NCBI GenBank assembly: GCA_016183365.1 | Contig: JACPES010000003.1 | Coordinates: 105,467 to 169,466, forward strand | Source of the DNA: Candidatus Collierbacteria bacterium | GTDB taxonomy: Bacteria > Patescibacteriota > Microgenomatia > UBA1400 > JACPES01 | DNA length: 64,000 nucleotides | Reading direction: 5' to 3' | Shown here: positions 1-10,672 of the stretch, piece by piece | Numbering within the stretch: position 1 is the stretch's first letter | Layout of the letters: each line of letters opens with the position of its first letter | Position numbers and translations under genes: made by a program | The notes under the pieces: model-generated | Seen by the model: the letters and a program-made list of their open reading frames with translations, nothing else | Database searches by the model: none | What the model was told of the DNA's origin: nothing

Positions 1-1
1 G

Positions 2-349
2 TCGATATTGTCGACGACTAAAGTGGGAACATTGTTGGTAGTGCTGGGGGTCCCGATTGTTGACGCTTTATTTATTATAGCCAGAAGGGTAGCGGGCGGA
101 AAATCTCCGGTATGGGGCGACAGGGGCCATTTGCACCATCGGCTTTTGGACGACTTGCACATGTCAAAAAGATCAGTGGCCATAGCTTATTGGGCGACTA
201 CCGCTATTTTGGGATTGATAGCTTTGCGTTTGAATAGCCAGCAAAAGTTCTATACAATGTTAGCGGTATCTTTAATTGTCGGAGGTATTTTATTGTGGAT
301 AAAGTATTTTGGGCGGTTATCAAAACAGCCAGACCGCAAAGGTGGGTAA
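2..349 (+). CDS. MraY/WecA-like glycosyltransferase family 4 (undecaprenyl-phosphate GlcNAc-1-P transferase), C-terminal part, truncated by window start
   Basis: VPIVDA...RR and DRGHLHHRLL motifs of WecA/TagO; hydrophobic helices. Confidence 0.85.
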   Translation, partial: SILSTTKVGTLLVVLGVPIVDALFIIARRVAGGKSPVWGDRGHLHHRLLDDLHMSKRSVAIAYWATTAILGLIALRLNSQQKFYTMLAVSLIVGGILLWIKYFGRLSKQPDRKGG

Positions 350-1224
350 GAAATTTATCCCTGTTTGCGGCTCTGACATTTTCAGGCCAACTATTGGAGC
401 CGGCTTTATTTTGGCGGGTGGCCGCCGCCGCCGCCATTTTTTCCTTGGTCAGTTCGACGGTATATTTTTTCAACGATTTAATTGATGCTCCCCTGGACAG
501 AAAACATCCGTTTAAAATGAAACGGCCGATAGCTTCGGGAGCTCTACAGGCGCCGGTGGCTGTTTTTTTAACCACCATAGGTTTTTTTGTTTCCCTGGTT
601 TTAGCTATAAAACTGTCATATTTCTTTTTTGTAGCCTGCCTGGCGTATTTCGTTTTACAGGCGGCGTATTCTTTAAAACTTAAGCATATTGAGATAATTG
701 ACCTGTTGGTGATTGCCACAGGATTTATTCTTAGGGCATATTCCGGAGCCCTGGTGATTGACAGCCACATTTCCGTTTGGTTTTTGCTGTGTGTAATCGC
801 CGTCAGCATGTTGTTGGCGGTAGGGAAGAGGCGGGCGGAATTATCGCTATTGGCTGAAAAGGCCAGCGAAGTCAGGGCGACTCTCGGAGGCTACCCGGAG
901 CATTTAATGGATGTATGGGTTGGAATGTTCGGAACCATGACAATTTTGTCTTATATCCTTTTCACTTTTCAGCAGCAATTTGACGAGCCCAGCCGCCGGT
1001 TAATTCCGTTATTGTTAATCCTCCCTAGAGCATTAACGGTCCAAAAATGGTTGATGATAACTATTCCGGTGGTTATTTATGGGGTGATGAGGTATTTACA
1101 GCTGATTTACAAAAAAGGTCAGGGCGAGGCGCCGGAAAGAGTCTTATTGACAGACGCTCCTTTGTTGATCAGCGTAGTTCTGTGGGGATTTTTGTCAGTA
1201 GTTGTCCTTTATGTTATAGGCTAG
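295..1224 (+). CDS. UbiA-family prenyltransferase (decaprenyl-phosphate phosphoribosyltransferase-like)
   Basis: RPxxWxxN start, NDLIDAPLDRKHPFKxxRPIASG motif, GKRRAEL, multiple TM helices. Confidence 0.9.
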   Translation: MDKVFWAVIKTARPQRWVRNLSLFAALTFSGQLLEPALFWRVAAAAAIFSLVSSTVYFFNDLIDAPLDRKHPFKMKRPIASGALQAPVAVFLTTIGFFVSLVLAIKLSYFFFVACLAYFVLQAAYSLKLKHIEIIDLLVIATGFILRAYSGALVIDSHISVWFLLCVIAVSMLLAVGKRRAELSLLAEKASEVRATLGGYPEHLMDVWVGMFGTMTILSYILFTFQQQFDEPSRRLIPLLLILPRALTVQKWLMITIPVVIYGVMRYLQLIYKKGQGEAPERVLLTDAPLLISVVLWGFLSVVVLYVIG

Positions 1225-1252
1225 GATTTATCCCGGAATGGTAGAATAGACT

Positions 1253-1593
1253 TGGTTTGGGGTAGCGAAACGAGGCTCCGATATTATCGGAGAGGAAAGT
1301 CCAGACAGCAGGAAAACAGGGTGTCCCGCGCAAGCGGGATTCTCCCGCCGAATTTTATATTCAGGCGGGGGACAAGACAGGGCCACAGTGACGATTCGGG
1401 TAGCGCCGAGTGAAACGTCCAAGCGGAACCCGCGAAGCTTTACGCGGAGTGGGTCGGCAACCCTCCCCGCTGCAACTCAATAGCCGTTCGTTATACCAGT
1501 TTTCCGGAAGAACGGCGGTAGAGGCGCTAGATAAATCTCGTTATAAGCCCCGCTTAGCGTGGTAAAACAGAATCTGGCTTACAGTCCCAAACT
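1253..1593 (+). ncRNA. rnpB: RNase P RNA
   Basis: Conserved GAGGAAAGTCC (about 1292) and ACAGAATCTGGCTTA (about 1567) P4 segments; ends GTTTGGG...CCCAAAC pair as P1. Confidence 0.92.
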
Positions 1594-1626
1594 AAAACTA
1601 GACAGATAAGTTTAGGCCAAAAAAAT

Positions 1627-1674
1627 CCACAAAATCCTGCCTTATATTTAATCTTTAAGGTGAGGATTTTGTGG
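1627..1674. terminator. Hairpin between convergent rnpB and the small Zn-ribbon gene; possible bidirectional terminator
   Basis: CCACAAAATCCT...AGGATTTTGTGG 12-bp inverted repeat. Confidence 0.45.
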
Positions 1675-1705
1675 GGGAAACCGGCTTATCTTCAAGAAAA
1701 AGCTA

Positions 1706-1849
1706 TTAAGCTTTTCCCATTATTTTATACATGCCGGTTCCGCATTTCGGACAAACTGATTTGGCGGCCTTGCGACCGTTTTTGGTTACGACTTCCTGAA
1801 AATCGGCGACTCGTTGTTTAGCTCGGCATTTAACACAATACATTTCCAT
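1706..1849 (-). CDS. DUF5679-like small zinc-ribbon protein (47 aa, not in the ORF track)
   Basis: Hand translation MEMYCVKCRAKQ...KNGRKAAKSVCPKCGTGMYKIMGKA; two CxxC pairs; AAAGGGGTGA RBS upstream. Confidence 0.85.
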   Translation of the reverse strand: MEMYCVKCRAKQRVADFQEVVTKNGRKAAKSVCPKCGTGMYKIMGKA

Positions 1850-1942
1850 TTTTTCACCCCCTTTCTGTTTAACACGCTTGGACTATAGCATAGCCACAAA
1901 CAGGTTTGCAACCGGAACAGACAAACGATACAATTGATAATT

Positions 1943-2410
1943 ATGTGGTCAGAATCATTGTCAGGAGTCGCCAGCATCGCGGCGCTTATTTTGTCGTCTA
2001 TATCCATATTTCTTTTTTACAGGATTTATTTTATTTTAAAGATATTGAAAACTTCGGACGATCGGCGTTCGATCAATAATGTTTTGACTGATTTAAATAA
2101 TCATCTGAAAGAATCAAAAACCGCGGTGATCGATCTAAAAAAAATAGTTGAGTCTCACCAGCGTTCGTCACTGAAACATCTACAAAAATTCGGGCTTATC
2201 AGATTTAATCCTTTTATTGATACCGGAGGAGATCAAAGCTTTACTCTGGCCATTTTAAATGGACACAATGATGGTTTTGTGATAAGCTCGCTTCACAGTC
2301 GCGATCAAACGCGGACATTCGCCAAATCTGTTAAGGCGGGACTTGGCCAAAAATTTGAGCTATCCAAAGAAGAAAAGTTGGCCATAGAAAAGGCCATAAA
2401 AAGTTTGTAA
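1943..2410 (+). CDS. DUF4446-family membrane-anchored protein
   Basis: N-terminal TM, coiled coil, RFNPFxDTGGDQSF motif, LSKEEK ending. Confidence 0.85.
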   Translation: MWSESLSGVASIAALILSSISIFLFYRIYFILKILKTSDDRRSINNVLTDLNNHLKESKTAVIDLKKIVESHQRSSLKHLQKFGLIRFNPFIDTGGDQSFTLAILNGHNDGFVISSLHSRDQTRTFAKSVKAGLGQKFELSKEEKLAIEKAIKSL

Positions 2411-2418
2411 GGCATTCT

Positions 2419-3633
2419 ATGTTTTCGAAGAGAACGTTAACTCTAATTATTGTTTATATCGGAATTTATTTATTATCCACCGGAGTTTCGGCTTGGGGAT
2501 TCGGGGCTTTCCGCCGGCCCGCATCTGCCCCGGCGTCTTCTTTGCCCGTAACTTCTGCTGACGGGAAAATAGTCGTCAACCCCAGCGAGCCTAAAGATCG
2601 GCCTTGTCCTATTAATGGCGAACTTTTCACTAAATCTGAAGAGGCGGTCTGGAAGAATCGCCGGCCGGTTTTGGCAATAGTGGAGAATCATACCGAAGCT
2701 AGACCGCAATCGGGATTGTCCTCTGCTGATTTAATCTATGAAGCTTTGGCGGAAGGGGGAATTACCAGATTCATGGGAGTATTTTATTGCAAGGCGGTAG
2801 CGGACGGCAATAAAATCGCTCCGGTCAGAAGCGCCAGAATTTATTTTGTAAATATTGCCGCGGAATACAATACTCCGGTTTATGTCCACGTCGGCGGCGG
2901 CAACTGCAGCCGCGATCAAGCCAGCGGCCAATGCACCTCGAACAAAAAAGCTTGGGCTTTGGAAGAAATGATAGACATGGGATGGCGGAAACGCGGAGGT
3001 AATGATTTCGATACTACTCTTGATACCGGCTATCCGGCTCTGGGCCGGGACTACAACCGCTTAGGAGCAGATATAGTTTTAGCGACAGAGCACACCATGG
3101 TCGGATTTCTACCAAAGATTTGGGATCAGGCCGAAAAACGCGGCTATGGCGGAATTAATGAAGACGGCTCTACTTGGGAGTCCGGATTCCGTCAGTGGAA
3201 ATTCCGTGAAGACGCCAAAGAATCTGACCGCGGCAGCGTGCTGGCTATTAACTTTGATTTTTGGGAAGGTTACAAAGATTTCACCGCCCATTGGGATTAC
3301 GACAGGCAGTCAAATTTATATTTAAGGTCTACCGGCGGGCAACCCCATCTGGATTTGGAAACTAACAAACAATTGTCGGCTAAAAATGTGGTGATTCAAT
3401 TTGTTAAAGAACAGGGCCCGTTAGACGAGCACAAGCACATGTTTTATGAGATTATTGGTAAGGGCAATGCCTTAATTTTCCAAAACGGCAATGCTATCGA
3501 GGCTGTTTGGGAAAAACCAAATCAACTTTCCAGGACTTTGTTTAAAGACAAAAAATCAGGGGCAGAAATCGCTTTTGTCAGAGGATCTACTTGGATCGAG
3601 GTTGTGCCTGCCGGCAACGAGATCGTATATTGA
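2419..3633 (+). CDS. DUF3048 (YerB-like) surface protein
   Basis: VENHTEARPQSGLSSAD..YE..AEGGITRF and PVRSAR motifs. Confidence 0.85.
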   Translation: MFSKRTLTLIIVYIGIYLLSTGVSAWGFGAFRRPASAPASSLPVTSADGKIVVNPSEPKDRPCPINGELFTKSEEAVWKNRRPVLAIVENHTEARPQSGLSSADLIYEALAEGGITRFMGVFYCKAVADGNKIAPVRSARIYFVNIAAEYNTPVYVHVGGGNCSRDQASGQCTSNKKAWALEEMIDMGWRKRGGNDFDTTLDTGYPALGRDYNRLGADIVLATEHTMVGFLPKIWDQAEKRGYGGINEDGSTWESGFRQWKFREDAKESDRGSVLAINFDFWEGYKDFTAHWDYDRQSNLYLRSTGGQPHLDLETNKQLSAKNVVIQFVKEQGPLDEHKHMFYEIIGKGNALIFQNGNAIEAVWEKPNQLSRTLFKDKKSGAEIAFVRGSTWIEVVPAGNEIVY

Positions 3634-4214
3634 TGAGTGATTTATCGGACTTTATAGTCTCGCGCGTCAGAATAAAATTGCTACAGGTCTTACTGTCGTC
3701 TCCGGAGGAATTATTTTACGTCAGACAACTTGGCCGGAAGATTGACGAAGAAATAAACGCGGTCAGGAGAGAACTGCTGCATTTGGCTAAAGTCGGGATT
3801 TTAAAATCCCAACCGCGGGGAAACAGATCGTATTATTGGGTTAACAAAGATTATTTATATTACCCCGAATTGTTGGCTTTGGCGGCTAAATCCACCGGAT
3901 TGGGACAGGCCGTCATTAAACATAAAGATAAATTAGGCCGGATAACATTTTCTTTTATGTCGATGAGGCTGGTGAAACGGTTGGCCGTAAAGACGGGCCA
4001 GGTAGATTTATTAGTTGTGGGCGAAGTGGTTCTGCCGCAGTTGTCGGCTTTGGTAAAAACCGCCGAAGCAGAAACCGGCCGGGAAATAAATTACTCCGTC
4101 ATGTCTTTGGAAGAATTCAGTTTCCGCAAACGCCGCCGCGACCCGTTTTTAATCGACGTCCTTAGAGAATCCAGAGTTATGCTCATTGGCGACGATCAGG
4201 CTTTGGTAGCTTAA
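3633..4214 (+). CDS. Winged-helix / degenerate nucleotidyltransferase-domain protein
   Basis: N-terminal wHTH (YVRQLGR..EEINAVRREL), VDLLVVG, REINYSVMS; start overlaps the upstream stop. Confidence 0.65.
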   Translation: MSDLSDFIVSRVRIKLLQVLLSSPEELFYVRQLGRKIDEEINAVRRELLHLAKVGILKSQPRGNRSYYWVNKDYLYYPELLALAAKSTGLGQAVIKHKDKLGRITFSFMSMRLVKRLAVKTGQVDLLVVGEVVLPQLSALVKTAEAETGREINYSVMSLEEFSFRKRRRDPFLIDVLRESRVMLIGDDQALVA

Positions 4215-4245
4215 ACCCCGACTTTGCGGTTATAATCAACAAATC

Positions 4246-5637
4246 ATGCGAAAACAAAAGCTATTCGGCCGGTTGTTGACAATCGCGGTAATTTCGCTCT
4301 TATCCCTATATATCAGTTTGCCCAGAAGAATTCCGGTTGATCTTCAATTGGGGAAATGGCGGTTGGGAAAAACCCTTTCTTTGCCGGGGATAGAATGGAA
4401 ATTAGGACCGTTGTCTTTCAGCCGCGACCTGGAAATTAAACAAGGCTTGGATTTAAAGGGTGGAACCCAAATCGTTTTGGAAGCTCAAGTTCAGGATGTT
4501 CCGGAATCGGAAAGAGCCGCCGCGCTGGAGAGCGCCAAGATGGTGATTGCCAGAAGAATTGATTTGTACGGTATTTCCGAATCAGTGATCCAGACCGCCA
4601 AAAATGACCAGACCTATAGATTGATTGTTGAATTGCCGGGGATAACCGACGCCAATGAGGCCAAGTCGCTTATCGGCCAGACCGCCAAGTTGGAATTTTG
4701 GGAAATGCCCCAAGATCAGTTGGTCGAGCATGCGCCAACTGGACCGGAATCGCCGCCACCACAATCTCAACCAACTAATTTAACCGGTCAAGATTTGCAA
4801 AAAGCCGCGGTGGAATTCGAGCAAGCCTCTGGCGAACCGGTGGTGTCTTTGGTGTTTACCGACGAAGGCCGAGAGAAATTTGCCGAGATTACCAAGCGGA
4901 ATGTCGGCCAAAGGGTGGGAATTTATCTGGACGGAACCCCTTTGACGGTTCCGGTGGTCCAGGTTCCGATTACCGACGGCCGGGCCATAATTTCCGGGAG
5001 CATGGGAGTCAAAGAAGCCAAACAGTTGGCCATTAGTCTGAACGCCGGAGCCCTTCCGGTCGGAATGACCGTTGTTAAAGAAACCAATATCGGAGCCACT
5101 TTAGGCAAAGAAAGCATTGCGGCTTCGGTTAGAGCCGGATTGGTGGGATTGTTGGCGGTGGCCGCGTTTATGATTATTGTTTATCGTCACTTAGGAATTC
5201 TAGCCGATATCGCTTTGGTGATTTACGGGCTGATTACCATGGCGATTTACAAACTTTTTCCCATTACCCTAACCTTGCCGGGTGTGGCCGGATTTTTATT
5301 GTCAATCGGGATGGCCACCGATGCCAATATTTTAATTTTTGAGCGCTTAAAAGAAGAATTGGCCCGTGGCTTACCGCTAAGGGCTGCGGTGGAATTGGGA
5401 TTCGGAAGGGCCTGGGATTCGATTAAAGACGCTAACGTTACCACTCTTTTGGTGGCTTTCATTCTGTACAATCCATTTGAATGGCAATTCTTAAACACCT
5501 CTGGAATGGTCAGGGGTTTTGCTTTGACTTTGACTGTCGGAATTTTAATCAGCCTGTTTACCGGAATTGTAGTGTCAAGGACTTTGATTAGGATGTTTTA
5601 TGTTAATGATCAAAAAACAAAAAGCAAAAAACAATAA
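4246..5637 (+). CDS. secD: Protein translocase subunit SecD
   Basis: GLDLKGG, GALP, IGMATDANILIFERLKEE, VRGFALTL motifs. Confidence 0.95.
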   Translation: MRKQKLFGRLLTIAVISLLSLYISLPRRIPVDLQLGKWRLGKTLSLPGIEWKLGPLSFSRDLEIKQGLDLKGGTQIVLEAQVQDVPESERAAALESAKMVIARRIDLYGISESVIQTAKNDQTYRLIVELPGITDANEAKSLIGQTAKLEFWEMPQDQLVEHAPTGPESPPPQSQPTNLTGQDLQKAAVEFEQASGEPVVSLVFTDEGREKFAEITKRNVGQRVGIYLDGTPLTVPVVQVPITDGRAIISGSMGVKEAKQLAISLNAGALPVGMTVVKETNIGATLGKESIAASVRAGLVGLLAVAAFMIIVYRHLGILADIALVIYGLITMAIYKLFPITLTLPGVAGFLLSIGMATDANILIFERLKEELARGLPLRAAVELGFGRAWDSIKDANVTTLLVAFILYNPFEWQFLNTSGMVRGFALTLTVGILISLFTGIVVSRTLIRMFYVNDQKTKSKKQ

Positions 5638-5641
5638 GCAT

Positions 5642-6535
5642 ATGAAACAAATTAATTTTATAAAACACATCCCACTCTATTTTTCTATTTCCGGAGTAGC
5701 CCTGGCGATCGGGATTTTTTCGCTGGTTGTCTGGAAAGTCCGACCGGCGATTGATTTTACCGGCGGGTCGTTGGTCGAAGTGGAATTGCAGGCCCAAGAG
5801 GGAAATGTAGTTAATGAAGGCACGATCAGATCCACTTTGTCGGACAAAGCAATTGAGATTAATTCAATTCAGCCAGCCGGTGGAAACCGCTGGTTGATCA
5901 GAACGAAAATGGCCGAAGGCATAGACAAAAATGTCCAATCAGCTTTGGCGGAAAAGTTTTCGGTGGTCAATATCACTCGGTTTGAATCAATCGGCCCGGC
6001 CTTGGGGAAAGAGCTTTTGACCAAAACATTTTTCGGGATCACCCTTTCCTCATTGGGAATTCTGTTGTATGTCGCCTATAGGTTCGGCGGCGGCAAGTAC
6101 GGAGTCTGTGCGGTTTTAGCCATGATCCACGACAGTTTGGTGGTTTTGGGAGCGTTCAGTCTGCTCGGGCATTTTTACGGAGCCGAAGTCGACGCCCTAT
6201 TTGTGACGGCCCTGTTAACAATTTTGAGCTTTTCGGTCCACGACACGATTGTGGTTTACGACCGGATCCGGGAAAATTTAAGAAAATTCCCCCAGGAAAA
6301 ATTTGAGCCTTTGGCCAACCGTTCCGTCAATGAAACCTTAAGACGTTCAATCAATAATTCTTTAACCATCATTGTGATGTTGGTAATTTTAACCTGGTTG
6401 GGCGGGGCGACAGTCAGATTTTTCTCGCTGGCGCTTTTAATCGGGACAATTACCGGTACCTATTCATCTCCGTTTGTGGCAGTGCCGCTATTGGTGGTGT
6501 GGAATAAGCGGGCGAACAAAAAGAAAAAATCCTAA
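5642..6535 (+). CDS. secF: Protein translocase subunit SecF
   Basis: IDFTGGS, SIGP, HD, SVHDTIVVYDRIREN, GTYSS; follows secD. Confidence 0.95.
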   Translation: MKQINFIKHIPLYFSISGVALAIGIFSLVVWKVRPAIDFTGGSLVEVELQAQEGNVVNEGTIRSTLSDKAIEINSIQPAGGNRWLIRTKMAEGIDKNVQSALAEKFSVVNITRFESIGPALGKELLTKTFFGITLSSLGILLYVAYRFGGGKYGVCAVLAMIHDSLVVLGAFSLLGHFYGAEVDALFVTALLTILSFSVHDTIVVYDRIRENLRKFPQEKFEPLANRSVNETLRRSINNSLTIIVMLVILTWLGGATVRFFSLALLIGTITGTYSSPFVAVPLLVVWNKRANKKKKS

Positions 6536-6556
6536 AAAATCAGATATAATCTTCTC

Positions 6557-7450
6557 ATGTTTGCCCATTTGATTCGCTCTTGCCTGCATTTATTTACTCC
6601 TCGGCACAGTAATAATCACCGGCCGAAAATTTTCCACCCTAAATCTTTGGTAGTTTTGGCGGCAATGGTCGTCGGTTTAAATAGCGGTATCAGACCTTTG
6701 GCCGGATTCAGCGGCGGAGTTTTGGGATATGCCAGTGATATTCAAATAACCCAAGTTTTTGAGCAGATAAACAGTCAACGGGTTGAGGCCGGATTGCCGG
6801 GATTGAAATTAAATGACAAATTATCCGAAGCCGCCCGCCGTAAAGCTTCGGATATGTTTGTTTCTGATTATTGGGCCCATGTTAATCCGATCACTGGCCG
6901 GGAGCCGTGGTATTTTTTTGATGCAGTCGGTTATGATTACCGTTACGCCGGCGAAAATATGGCCCGTGATTTTTCAACCACAGCACCGATGATTAAAGCT
7001 TGGATGAATTCTACGACTCATCGGGATAATATTGTTTCATCAAGATATCAGGAAACCGGGATTGCCGTCGTCAACGGAGTTTTAAATGGAGTTGAAACCA
7101 CGTTGGTGATTCAGTTGTTCGGAACCAAAAAAACAGCCGTAGCCGCGGTCCCGCAGATAACCAGTACCGGTTTACAAGCTGAATCTTTAGCCAAAGCTCC
7201 GGCGGTTTTACCGGCCGAAACCGAAAAAACATCCGTTGCCGTTCGCTCTCCGCTGGTGTCGCCGTTTGATCTGTCCAAGTCTTTGGCTTTGGCGACCTTA
7301 GGACTGCTGGCGGTAGTTTTGATGGTTGATTCGGTCATTATCTGGCGGCGGCGGATCCCGCGTTTAGTCGGCCACAATTGGGCCCATTTGATGTTCTTGA
7401 TTGCCCTGACCGGAGTTGTGAGTATTATGTCGCAGGGGGTGATTCAATGA
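6557..7450 (+). CDS. CAP/SCP-domain membrane protein
   Basis: DMFxxDYWAH, AGENMARDF, WMNSxTHRDNI motifs. Confidence 0.88.
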   Translation: MFAHLIRSCLHLFTPRHSNNHRPKIFHPKSLVVLAAMVVGLNSGIRPLAGFSGGVLGYASDIQITQVFEQINSQRVEAGLPGLKLNDKLSEAARRKASDMFVSDYWAHVNPITGREPWYFFDAVGYDYRYAGENMARDFSTTAPMIKAWMNSTTHRDNIVSSRYQETGIAVVNGVLNGVETTLVIQLFGTKKTAVAAVPQITSTGLQAESLAKAPAVLPAETEKTSVAVRSPLVSPFDLSKSLALATLGLLAVVLMVDSVIIWRRRIPRLVGHNWAHLMFLIALTGVVSIMSQGVIQ

Positions 7451-7608
7451 TAGTTTACGCTTTACTGCTTGGTGTTTGTGCCTATCTGATCTGGGGAATA
7501 ACTCACCATTGGCACCGCGGAGACTTACACCCAAAAATCGTGTTAGAATACCTGGGAATTGCGACCTTAGGAACAGCGATCGTTCTTGGAGTCTTAAACT
7601 TGCTTTAA
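7447..7608 (+). CDS. Small two-TM hypothetical protein
   Basis: WGITHHxHRGDLH..IVLEY; ATGA overlap with the upstream stop. Confidence 0.6.
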   Translation: MIVYALLLGVCAYLIWGITHHWHRGDLHPKIVLEYLGIATLGTAIVLGVLNLL

Positions 7609-7623
7609 TGTTTTAATGATTTT

Positions 7624-8355
7624 ATGAAAGGCATAATTTTGGCAGGCGGACTTGGTACTAGATTGAGACCGCTCACTTTTATAACCAACAAACATTTGCT
7701 TCCGGTTTACGATAAGCCGATGGTATATTACCCGATTCGGACTTTGGTCCAGGCCGGAGTGACCGAAATTATGATCGTAACAGGCGGGCCGCATTGCGGC
7801 CATTTTATGCGGGTATTAAAAAATGGCGAAGAATGGGGAATTACTCATTTGGAATACGCTTATCAGGAAACCGAGGGCGGAATTTCTCATGCGCTTAGTT
7901 TAGCTGAAAGTTTTGCCGACGAGGGGCCGGTAACAGTGATTTTAGGCGACAATACGACTGACGCTGACATCAGTCTGGCGGTAAAATCTTTCGATAAAGG
8001 CGCCCGGATATTTTTGAAAAAAGTTCCCGACCCGCACAGATTCGGAGTTCCGGTTTTTGATAAAAAAGATCCGTCAAAGGTTGTAGAAATAATTGAAAAG
8101 CCCAAAAATCCGGTTAACAATTTTGCGGTGGTCGGGCTGTATATTTTTGACCGTACTGTTTTTGACCGGATCAGAAAATTAAAACCATCTGCCCGGGGCG
8201 AACTGGAGGTTACCGATTTGAACAATTCATATATCGCCGACGGCCAACTGAAATCGGCGGAATTAAAAGGATTTTGGTCCGACGCCGGAACTTTTGAATC
8301 ACTATTTAGATCCAACGAATTTTGGGCCAAAAAAGCTTTAGAAAAATCCGCGTGA
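7624..8355 (+). CDS. Glucose-1-phosphate thymidylyltransferase-like sugar nucleotidyltransferase
   Basis: GIILAGGLGTRLRPLT, LGDN, EKP, SARGELEVTD, WSDAGT. Confidence 0.9.
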   Translation: MKGIILAGGLGTRLRPLTFITNKHLLPVYDKPMVYYPIRTLVQAGVTEIMIVTGGPHCGHFMRVLKNGEEWGITHLEYAYQETEGGISHALSLAESFADEGPVTVILGDNTTDADISLAVKSFDKGARIFLKKVPDPHRFGVPVFDKKDPSKVVEIIEKPKNPVNNFAVVGLYIFDRTVFDRIRKLKPSARGELEVTDLNNSYIADGQLKSAELKGFWSDAGTFESLFRSNEFWAKKALEKSA

Positions 8356-9506
8356 TGCTTTTGGCTGATTCTTCCCGTCCTTTAAATTTAAACGATTTTA
8401 TCGGCCAAAAACATTTGGTTGGTCCTGATGGCCCGATCCGAAAAATGCTGGCTGCCGGCCAAATTTTTCCGATGATTTTTTGGGGACCGCCCGGCTCCGG
8501 CAAAACCACCCTGGCCCGCATCATCGCCAAGTCCACCGGCGCCGACTACCACGAACTTTCCGCCGTCTCCGCCGGCAAATCAGACATTAAAAAAATTATC
8601 GACACCCCTAATTCCCCCAAAATCTTATTTCTCGATGAGATCCATCGCTTTAATAAAGCCCAACAAGATTATCTATTGCCTTTCGTCGAGAAAGGGATTA
8701 TCACCCTGATCGGAGCCACCACTGAAAATCCCAGTTTTGAAGTTATTTCCCCGCTTCTCTCCCGCTGCCGGACGTATGTGTTTTATGGGTTAACTGAAGA
8801 GGATTTAGGCGAAATTATTAAAAGAGGACTTTCGGAGGTCAAGCTTTCATTAGCCAAAGAAGCGATTGAGATGTTAGCTCAATATTCCAATGGAGACGGG
8901 AGAACGGCGCTCAATGTTATTGATTTAGCCAGAAAATTGTTTCCGAAAAAGAAATTATTGTCGAAGGAAGATTTAGTTCTTGTCATCCAAGACAAACGTT
9001 TGCGTTACGACGCCGCCGGCGAAGAACACTACAATACTATTTCGGCATTTATAAAAAGTATGCGGGCTAGTAATGTCGATTCGGCTCTGTATTATCTGGC
9101 GCGGATGGTTGAATCAGGCGAAGACCCGTTATTTATTGCCCGACGGATGGTGATTTTTGCCAGTGAAGACATCGGCATGGCCCAGCCCACCGCCCTGGTC
9201 GTCGCCAACGAAGTTTTCCGGGCCTGCGAAACCATCGGCTACCCGGAATGCGCGATAAATCTGGCCCATGGCGCAGCTTATTTATCCTTGGCCAAAAAAG
9301 ACCGAGGGGCATACAACGCTTATTTTGCCGCCCTCAACGACGTTAAACAATTTGGCAATCTCCCGATTCCTCTAAACCTTAGGAATGCCCCGACAAAATT
9401 AATGAAAGAATTAGGTTATAGCAAGGGCTACGAGAAATACTCCAAAGAAGATTTGCTCCCCGACAAATTAAAAGGTAAAAAGTATTATTTCTCAAAAATC
9501 AAATGA
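8355..9506 (+). CDS. rarA: Replication-associated recombination protein A (MgsA/RarA)
   Basis: [43 protein letters not shown]. Confidence 0.93.
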   Translation: MLLADSSRPLNLNDFIGQKHLVGPDGPIRKMLAAGQIFPMIFWGPPGSGKTTLARIIAKSTGADYHELSAVSAGKSDIKKIIDTPNSPKILFLDEIHRFNKAQQDYLLPFVEKGIITLIGATTENPSFEVISPLLSRCRTYVFYGLTEEDLGEIIKRGLSEVKLSLAKEAIEMLAQYSNGDGRTALNVIDLARKLFPKKKLLSKEDLVLVIQDKRLRYDAAGEEHYNTISAFIKSMRASNVDSALYYLARMVESGEDPLFIARRMVIFASEDIGMAQPTALVVANEVFRACETIGYPECAINLAHGAAYLSLAKKDRGAYNAYFAALNDVKQFGNLPIPLNLRNAPTKLMKELGYSKGYEKYSKEDLLPDKLKGKKYYFSKIK

Positions 9507-10477
9507 CAAAAAAGGCTATTATAGACATTCCCCCGACCACAGAAAAAGATATAGCCAGGTGGAATAACCTTAATCCTCAAAACTACGAACGAATTATCTG
9601 GTCATCAATTCGTGATTACAACTATAAAGCACAACTTGATATTTCAGAAATGCTATTCAAAAAGTTACAGGAGCTCAAAAAAGCTGGTAAACAGGATACC
9701 TCTTTAGCAAAAAACATTTCATTCAGGATGATGCAACTATTTTTTGAAGCATCTGACCAGTTTGCTCTCGTATTTATGAGCGTAATTAACAAGGCAATAA
9801 TACCAGTTTTTGAAACCTACGTTGAGGGAAGCAATATTAAAACCAAAGATTTTTTCGCTAAATGCATAAATGGAAAAATCGGTAAAAGGAAGATATTAAG
9901 TGTCTGGGGGCTAGATAAATTAAAGATCAAGTCCATCTCCGACGTTGTAATGAGAATTAAAATGCAAACTATCGTAGATGACACTGTTAAAAAAGAGAAA
10001 AGGAACTTAAAAATTTATGGAAAATCATATGCGGATTACAATAGAAAAACAAAAAAGACAGAATATTCTTCTTCATTGAAAGGCTCTTTTTCTATAAAGC
10101 ACGGATACAAACAAATATCTTCTAACAGCCTATCATTAAGTGTGTGGAAATTCGCTAAGAGTGAACCAATTATTATGGAAGAAATCGTAGAAATAACCAG
10201 AAAAGACAATAACGAAACCAAAAGAGTAATTAAAGTGGGCAGTTTGTTTAATAGTAAAAACAGAGATATTGAAGATATTTGTAAAAGGATTTTAGAGCAT
10301 ATAGCATTTTTATCTAGAGAAATACAAGCAATTGCTAGCATACAACTCTCGCTTATAGATGACCCTTATGGTTCACTAACACTGTATGCAAAAAATGGAA
10401 TATTAAAGATCGGAAGAAACGAATCGTGTCCTTGTAATAGTTTCAAAAAATGGAAAAAGTGTCATGGTAAATACTAA
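9503..10477 (+). CDS. AT-rich hypothetical protein with C-terminal SEC-C motif
   Basis: Ends IGRNESCPCNSFKKWKKCHG; visibly more AT-rich than its neighbours. Confidence 0.7.
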   Translation: MTKKAIIDIPPTTEKDIARWNNLNPQNYERIIWSSIRDYNYKAQLDISEMLFKKLQELKKAGKQDTSLAKNISFRMMQLFFEASDQFALVFMSVINKAIIPVFETYVEGSNIKTKDFFAKCINGKIGKRKILSVWGLDKLKIKSISDVVMRIKMQTIVDDTVKKEKRNLKIYGKSYADYNRKTKKTEYSSSLKGSFSIKHGYKQISSNSLSLSVWKFAKSEPIIMEEIVEITRKDNNETKRVIKVGSLFNSKNRDIEDICKRILEHIAFLSREIQAIASIQLSLIDDPYGSLTLYAKNGILKIGRNESCPCNSFKKWKKCHGKY

Positions 10478-10672
10478 TACCAATACTATTTTCGCATAAA
10501 TGACACAGCCCTCTCTATGACAAAACTACAAAAATGTACAACCTCAAAAAACTAATTGTTAGACAAAAGAACTTCTCACGAGATAAAAAGGGAAACTAAT
10601 AACAGGAAGTCTGCATAATTCATGGAATGAAAACTATGTACTGACGATTGTTAGATACTTAATCCCAATTAG

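Noticed and set aside
204-809. Long antisense ORFs (also 7887-8330, 29784-30404, 60053-60571)
   Set aside because: Shadows of well-supported genes on the opposite strand, with no motifs.
1322-1374. Twin-hairpin element inserted in rnpB
   Set aside because: It begins TGTCCCGC..GCGGGA, but lies where native P8/P9 helices are expected and the spacing does not fit the 30-nt consensus.
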